DNA from: a virus
Length of the DNA stretch: 64,000 nucleotides
Strand: one strand, 5' to 3'
IMG/VR virus record: IMGVR_UViG_3300032229_000759
Location: 1-64,000 of that record
The notes under the pieces were generated by a model. It was not told the DNA's origin. It did no database searches and saw only the letters and a list, made by a program, of their open reading frames with translations. Below are positions 59,187 through 64,000 of this stretch, piece after piece (the stretch's first letter is position 1; each line of letters opens with the position of its first letter). Both the position numbers and the translations under genes were made by a program.

Positions 59187-60109
59187 AAAATAAATGCCTT
59201 GTTGTTGGTTTGTACAATAACAGAATTAAATACCTTTGCAAAAGATTCGAAACTAAATTTATTTTTTATACTTATTGAACCATCTTCTGTGTTCTTTGGG
59301 TCAAGATTCTGAGTAACAATATTCATTAATTCATTTGGCTCATTAACAAAAACTAAGTTATCAATATCCCCATACTCTCTATTCACTGCTGGATGAGACA
59401 TAGTGACGCCCACACAACCAGCAGCCACAGCACATAAAAGATTAATAATATTATGTTCAGCTAAATCTATAACTACTTTATAGTGATTGAAAATCTCGTT
59501 AAGAGACTTTGTGGACATGCTGAGATTAGTTATAATGTCTCCTGACAAACCAGCATTTTTTGCTACGGCAGCAATTTGTTGAGCATACGGCAATCCTTCT
59601 GTGTTTATAACTAAAATGTCTTTTGTTCGTTCGTTGAACGGAGATAAACTTTTAAAGTTTGCTGGTATGCCATAATTGATTAGATAACTATTATCTAGTT
59701 TCCATGATTCTTGAGCAGCGCCGGTGAAGAATATTTTAACATCTTTTTTAAGTCTTTGATTAATAAGTGCTAGATCTTCTTTTTTAATATACGGAGGTCT
59801 GATTGAATGAGTGCATAAAATACCGTTTAAATGAAAATTTTTAAATGTATTATTTTGACTATAACCAATAATATTATTACTTATAGTTAAGTTGTAATTA
59901 TACAATGTGAGGTCTTTGGGCTCTAGATTGATTAGGTTGGGTATTGATATTGTGGGCTTGGCCTGAGCATTTACAATATTAAAATACTTATGATGATCTA
60001 ATGATACCAAGGTATGATCAAAACAATTATTTTGTGGAGCATATAGAATATTATATGGTTCCTGAGTAAATTTTTGTAGTATATTACCCGTAGTAAAACC
60101 TAGATACAT
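59183..60109 (-). CDS. Divergent GT-B (GT4-like) glycosyltransferase
   Basis: INYGIP, LNEIFNHYKV, LLCAVAAGCVGVT, KFSFESF. Confidence 0.6.
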   Translation of the reverse strand: MYLGFTTGNILQKFTQEPYNILYAPQNNCFDHTLVSLDHHKYFNIVNAQAKPTISIPNLINLEPKDLTLYNYNLTISNNIIGYSQNNTFKNFHLNGILCTHSIRPPYIKKEDLALINQRLKKDVKIFFTGAAQESWKLDNSYLINYGIPANFKSLSPFNERTKDILVINTEGLPYAQQIAAVAKNAGLSGDIITNLSMSTKSLNEIFNHYKVVIDLAEHNIINLLCAVAAGCVGVTMSHPAVNREYGDIDNLVFVNEPNELMNIVTQNLDPKNTEDGSISIKNKFSFESFAKVFNSVIVQTNNKAFIL

Positions 60110-61227
60110 AGACGCTCTCCAATACTATGGTAACTAAATTGATCTATAATACTTTTACCGACTTCTCTTTTATCGGCAAGTTTTTGTTTCTCTGATTTGT
60201 GCATAGCGTAGACGGATCTCATATGCTCTATTAAATTGTACATATCTATTTTATACCAATATTCATGGGCATTATATAAATCAAATTCATTTGTTAGCGG
60301 CCTATTATTCAATATAACAGGTGTTTTATGACTTTTGATCAACCAGCCGTTATCGTTATTAATATAGTCGGTCATACCAGTATTGTTTGTCACAATAGGG
60401 GTTTTACCTAGAACCAGTGCTTCTGCTGCTGGTCTACAAAATGCTTCGCCCATAGAGGGCATTACAAAACAATCTCCAGAGTTATGTAATCCCACGATAT
60501 CTTTATCGGATAGTCTTTCTGTAATAATTAATTCTTTTTTGTATTTAGTACTAATATTAAGTTTTCTTTTTAAATTATCTATGTCTTTTTCGATAACTCG
60601 ATGAGATTCTGCTGGGCTCATGCCCCCAATACTACTTTTAATAATCAAAGACACCGGTTGTGTAATATCAAAAGCCAAATGAAAAGCTGTGACTAAATCC
60701 AAAACATTTTTACGTTCATTATATTCCCCTATAAAATAAAATTTAAAGGTTTTATCTATAGCAGGATGCAGAGTTAATTTATGAGTTTGATTATTTTTAA
60801 TAAAGTCTATGTCAAGAGGCTGGGATATAACCCTGATGGGCTTAATGACTCCAGACTTTTGTAGACACAATTTTTCTCTGTTGCTAGGTACCCAAACTTC
60901 ATCCATTTGATTGATATTATTAATACAGGTAGACTGTCCTATGTTATTGGTTTCTAAGACAAAGAGGCCTATATTTTTTGCATATTTTTTATTGAGAAAT
61001 AAATTATGGGGCAATACTTTTTGTATAACCACATCGTATTGATCAAAATAAGCATTCTCATACGCCAAGATTTGTTCATCTGGTTCGTATTCTGATGGAG
61101 CGCTGGTGAAAAAAATGGGCCTAGTAGTGAGATTGTTATACTTAGTGCCCAGGGCTTTTATATAGCTTTGTGTAGCTAAACCCCACCCATCATTTTGCCT
61201 ATACGGTCCTACAAATAAAATATTCAT
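60100..61227 (-). CDS. Glycosyltransferase family 4 (GT-B)
   Basis: MNILFVGPY, DEVWVPS, FYFIGEYNERKN, DCFVMPSMGEAFCRPAAEA (EX7E). Confidence 0.9.
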   Translation of the reverse strand: MNILFVGPYRQNDGWGLATQSYIKALGTKYNNLTTRPIFFTSAPSEYEPDEQILAYENAYFDQYDVVIQKVLPHNLFLNKKYAKNIGLFVLETNNIGQSTCINNINQMDEVWVPSNREKLCLQKSGVIKPIRVISQPLDIDFIKNNQTHKLTLHPAIDKTFKFYFIGEYNERKNVLDLVTAFHLAFDITQPVSLIIKSSIGGMSPAESHRVIEKDIDNLKRKLNISTKYKKELIITERLSDKDIVGLHNSGDCFVMPSMGEAFCRPAAEALVLGKTPIVTNNTGMTDYINNDNGWLIKSHKTPVILNNRPLTNEFDLYNAHEYWYKIDMYNLIEHMRSVYAMHKSEKQKLADKREVGKSIIDQFSYHSIGERLCI

Positions 61228-62903
61228 TCTTTTATATTTTCTTTCATATGAGCATATTGAATAAAGTCTTCATTTTTTAATTCTGGCAAATGATGCTTTG
61301 CGTTCTGAGCTAAGTTATTATTATTAATCATATTGTTAAGTACGGCTGTGGCCTTATCTAGACCGTAGGGTTCTGTTTGTATACCATTAATAGCGAATCC
61401 ATAGTCTAGGTCACGTATCATATTTAATAGCAATATAGAAGATGCGAACTGGTGATGGGGCATATGAGCTGATACCATCTTGGTAACAATATCGTATGGA
61501 TTTCTATTATTCACAGGTAAAGACTGTAAATCAATACTGTTCAATACGGGAAGATTTTCTGCCCATTTTCCTTGTAAACCAACCAATTGTACATTATCAA
61601 AATATTTTTCCCATTTTTCAGCAATATGGTCCCAATTATAGTGATCTTCTGTTAATTTTCTGGTTTCAAACCGTTTCTGTTCTTTCAGTACGCTGGGCAT
61701 AGCTTGGTATTCAGATAAAATTTCTATTAAATGGTTATTGTCTGGATATACTCTAATAGCTTTTGTCTCTAGTTCTTTAAAGCCTTGTCTAATTTTAATC
61801 GGATATCCATTGATTTTTCTGACAACATCACTCATCGCACTATAATCAACAGATGCTACTGGAACTCCACAAGAGGATGCTTCTACTTGAGGCATGCCGA
61901 AGCCTTCGCAAATAGCATATTGCACATAGATATCAAAAAGATTAATCACAACAGATAAATTTTGTGAAGAAATGCCTGAACTTACATTAGGCATAGAAAA
62001 AGATTTTTGACTACATTTTGGGCAATATGAAACAGGGTGCTGGTATAGGCTGGGTGCAAAGTATCCACAATTTTTACAACTATAAGTAAATAGTACTCTG
62101 TTGCCTACTTTATATTCTTTAAGTAGTTGAGGAATATCCCAACCCGCATCCGGATAGCTCGTATGCAAATACAGATAAGTCTTTTCTCCAATAGGATTTT
62201 TTTCTCTTTTGAATTTATGGAGTAATCCCTTAAGGCTGGAGAATAATTCTGGTACAAGTTTGCGTTTTTGATTACGCATAATACTGCCAATAATAAAGCT
62301 GTCCGGATCAAAACCAAAATGTTCTTTAAGACCCGATCTGTTGTCTATAGCTTTGAATGTATTAAGATCTACGCCGGGAGACGTAGTATCTATGTATCTA
62401 ATTTTATTATTGCTTTGTTCTAGCAGAGTATCTCTGCCGAAATCTGAGTAAGTAAAAATAGCGTCGGCGTGTAAGAATGTATCGAGCCATTCTTCTTGTT
62501 GTGGGGCAGAATCTACCGTGGGCATCAAGACCCAGTGATAAAATGGTCTTAATGGAGAGAATTGTTGGTATGAACTCATCCAATAATCTCTGACATCGAC
62601 TACTATATCGGGCTGAAAATCTAGAAGAACTCTTTCAAATCTCCATCTGCCGAATTGATTTTCCATAGAGCTATTATATTCTGAAGCCCTAGGGTCTTTA
62701 TCGTCAACAGCATTTGCATAATATCTCCAGTGAATACCCACGTCTTTAGGGTCGTTCACCTTTCCATAAGAAGCAAATTCTGCGATTTCGTACTTACCAG
62801 TACGATGCAGCCTTTGCAGTATTTCCCTAGCATAAGTACCAAAACCAGAATTTAAAAAACTAGCTTCGGAACACATCAAAATTTTAAGTTTGGTTTTAGA
62901 CAT
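61224..62903 (-). CDS. Glycosyltransferase family 4 (GT-B) with Zn-ribbon insertion
   Basis: Likely start 62903 (MSKTKLKILM); SGFGTYA, MRNQKRK, CEGFGMPQVEA (EX7E); CKNC...CPKC insert. Confidence 0.9.
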   Translation of the reverse strand: MSKTKLKILMCSEASFLNSGFGTYAREILQRLHRTGKYEIAEFASYGKVNDPKDVGIHWRYYANAVDDKDPRASEYNSSMENQFGRWRFERVLLDFQPDIVVDVRDYWMSSYQQFSPLRPFYHWVLMPTVDSAPQQEEWLDTFLHADAIFTYSDFGRDTLLEQSNNKIRYIDTTSPGVDLNTFKAIDNRSGLKEHFGFDPDSFIIGSIMRNQKRKLVPELFSSLKGLLHKFKREKNPIGEKTYLYLHTSYPDAGWDIPQLLKEYKVGNRVLFTYSCKNCGYFAPSLYQHPVSYCPKCSQKSFSMPNVSSGISSQNLSVVINLFDIYVQYAICEGFGMPQVEASSCGVPVASVDYSAMSDVVRKINGYPIKIRQGFKELETKAIRVYPDNNHLIEILSEYQAMPSVLKEQKRFETRKLTEDHYNWDHIAEKWEKYFDNVQLVGLQGKWAENLPVLNSIDLQSLPVNNRNPYDIVTKMVSAHMPHHQFASSILLLNMIRDLDYGFAINGIQTEPYGLDKATAVLNNMINNNNLAQNAKHHLPELKNEDFIQYAHMKENIKE

Positions 62904-62904
62904 A

Positions 62905-62941
62905 GAAAAATGGGGGTGTGTTCGCACCCCCATCTCTTTTT
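62905..62941 (-). terminator. Intrinsic terminator after ssb, possibly bidirectional
   Basis: Perfect 9-bp stem ATGGGGGTG/CACCCCCAT with 6-nt loop; T-tracts on both strands. Confidence 0.8.
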
Positions 62942-62956
62942 AGTGCATCTGATGGA

Positions 62957-63328
62957 TTAGAAACTTACAACTTCTTCATTAACTTCTTTGCTCTTCTTAG
63001 ATAGCTTAGTAATCTTAGAAAAGTTATTAACTCTAACCTTCAACGAGTTATGCTTAACTCCATCCTTTTCCCATGAATCATTACGTAATGATCCTTCTAC
63101 TAGAACCAGATCGCCCTTCTTGAAGGACTGTCCGATAATTTCTGCGCCACTATCCCATGCTTCACATGGTACAAAAGTTGTTACCTTGTCCTTTTCTCCA
63201 TTGGACTTGGTATACTCACGAGAAACAGCGACGGTAAAATTAACTACCGCAGTCTGCTTACCATTAGTATTAACAACACGCATTTCTGGATCACGAGCAA
63301 GATTACCACGTAAGATATTAATATTCAT
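62957..63328 (-). CDS. ssb: Single-stranded DNA-binding protein
   Basis: ILRGNLARDPEMR...FTVAVSR...CEAW...KKGDLVLVEGSLRNDSWEKDG; AAGGAG RBS. Confidence 0.95.
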   Translation of the reverse strand: MNINILRGNLARDPEMRVVNTNGKQTAVVNFTVAVSREYTKSNGEKDKVTTFVPCEAWDSGAEIIGQSFKKGDLVLVEGSLRNDSWEKDGVKHNSLKVRVNNFSKITKLSKKSKEVNEEVVSF

Positions 63329-63366
63329 TTATTTCTCCTTGAAAAAAATAACCAATGTACTACACT

Positions 63367-63394
63367 ATTATAGGAACCGACGGCCAAGCGTCAA
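63367..63394 (-). promoter_or_regulatory. Sigma70-type promoter for ssb and downstream genes
   Basis: On the - strand TTGACG-N16-TATAAT, about 40 nt upstream of the ssb ATG. Confidence 0.75.
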
Positions 63395-63999
63395 GTTTTC
63401 GGAATATACGTTTTTTCAACTATGAGAGAGTCTCCAGACTTCGATCTGTTACCCTTTACTATAACTACGTTGCCTTCAAACAACGTATTTCTATATAGTT
63501 TGTACGACTCTGGAAAGAAAACAACAGAATCAACAGAGCCTGTGCCGTCACTCATTGTTACGAAAGCCATCTCTAGTCCAGGAGTTTTGCCCGACTTTGT
63601 TTTAGTAACACTGATGGCTTCTATTTCTCCGCATAATATAAGATTGTCTTTAATCATGCCATTCTTAAAATCTTTACACGTAATATTAGTCATACTTATA
63701 TCATACATGTCTACCTTAGAGCAGGTCATACTGCACCCTAAAGTTTCATCCTCTATATCGGATATCCAATCAGGATTATCTTCTAGAGCGTATGGTGGCT
63801 TATTGAAATTATTAATTAAGCCTAAAATTATATTTTTACGATTCTTGTTTGATTTACCATTATGATATAAATCATATAGTGCATCCCCCAAACTTTTGTA
63901 TTTATGTGTTTTATCTGTGATAAAAGAACATTCTTTTTTAGTTAGTTCTGACATTAAATTAAATTCAAATAACATAGAAGATCTATTTTTATTGAGATA
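63391..63999 (-). CDS. dnaE: DNA polymerase III alpha-like protein, C-terminal OB-fold part (5' end outside the window)
   Basis: EDETLG...GEIEAISVTKTKSG...MAFVTMSDGTGSVDSVVFFPESY...GNVVIVKG; reading frame stays open to the window edge. Confidence 0.8.
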   Translation of the reverse strand, partial: YLNKNRSSMLFEFNLMSELTKKECSFITDKTHKYKSLGDALYDLYHNGKSNKNRKNIILGLINNFNKPPYALEDNPDWISDIEDETLGCSMTCSKVDMYDISMTNITCKDFKNGMIKDNLILCGEIEAISVTKTKSGKTPGLEMAFVTMSDGTGSVDSVVFFPESYKLYRNTLFEGNVVIVKGNRSKSGDSLIVEKTYIPKT

Positions 64000-64000
64000 A

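Larger units (their letters stand above)
1..64000. mobile_element. Segment of a large tailed bacteriophage genome (tail morphogenesis module plus replication/modification module)
   Basis: Tape measure protein, tail tube-like gene, fibre repeats, SSB, DnaE-like C-terminus; dense co-oriented ORFs with ATGA/GTGA overlaps; no host housekeeping operons. Confidence 0.95.

Noticed and set aside
54114-63865. + strand ORFs overlapping the - strand genes (e.g. 62988-63425, 63422-63865)
   Set aside because: Antisense to clearly recognisable SSB, DnaE-like and GT genes
63391-63975. Stand-alone 194-aa OB-fold protein or dnaE pseudogene
   Set aside because: The frame is open to the window edge, so it is most simply a gene cut by the window boundary
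1-64000. CRISPR array, tRNA, rRNA or structured ncRNA
   Set aside because: No regularly spaced nucleotide repeats seen and intergenic gaps are almost all under 90 nt; a covariance search was not possible
1-64000. Stop-codon reassignment as seen in some large phages
   Set aside because: Very long ORFs are intact under the standard code, and TAA, TGA and TAG all end genes at sensible boundaries

Overview
The window is a segment of a large, AT-rich tailed dsDNA phage genome, most likely siphovirus-like because no sheath gene is recognisable. Capsid, terminase, lysis and integrase genes are not in the window. The + strand (112-54063) is one tightly packed virion morphogenesis module: head-tail adaptor, fibre/adhesin genes including a 4009-aa protein, neck and terminator genes, tail tube, two paralogous putative tail chaperones, a 3160-aa tape measure protein (TMP), a 1455-aa fibre and large Cys-rich tail-tip proteins. 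The convergent - strand block (54050-64000) encodes a host-like YfaP/DUF2135-type membrane protein, a putative ssDNA-annealing protein, a DUF559-like endonuclease, a seven-gene glycosyltransferase-type cluster, SSB and the 3' end of a DnaE-like gene. The three most interesting signals are inferences. (1) Exposed virion proteins, but not the TMP, are enriched in Ser-Gly next to a phage GT cluster, suggesting a sequon-directed virion glycosylation system. (2) The TMP carries enzyme-like cargo between repeated GG/DTVPAMLTPGEFV cassettes, including an apparently circularly permuted HAD domain. (3) Tail proteins have terminal and clustered cysteines. All assignments come from visual motif recognition; no searches were run and counts are manual.
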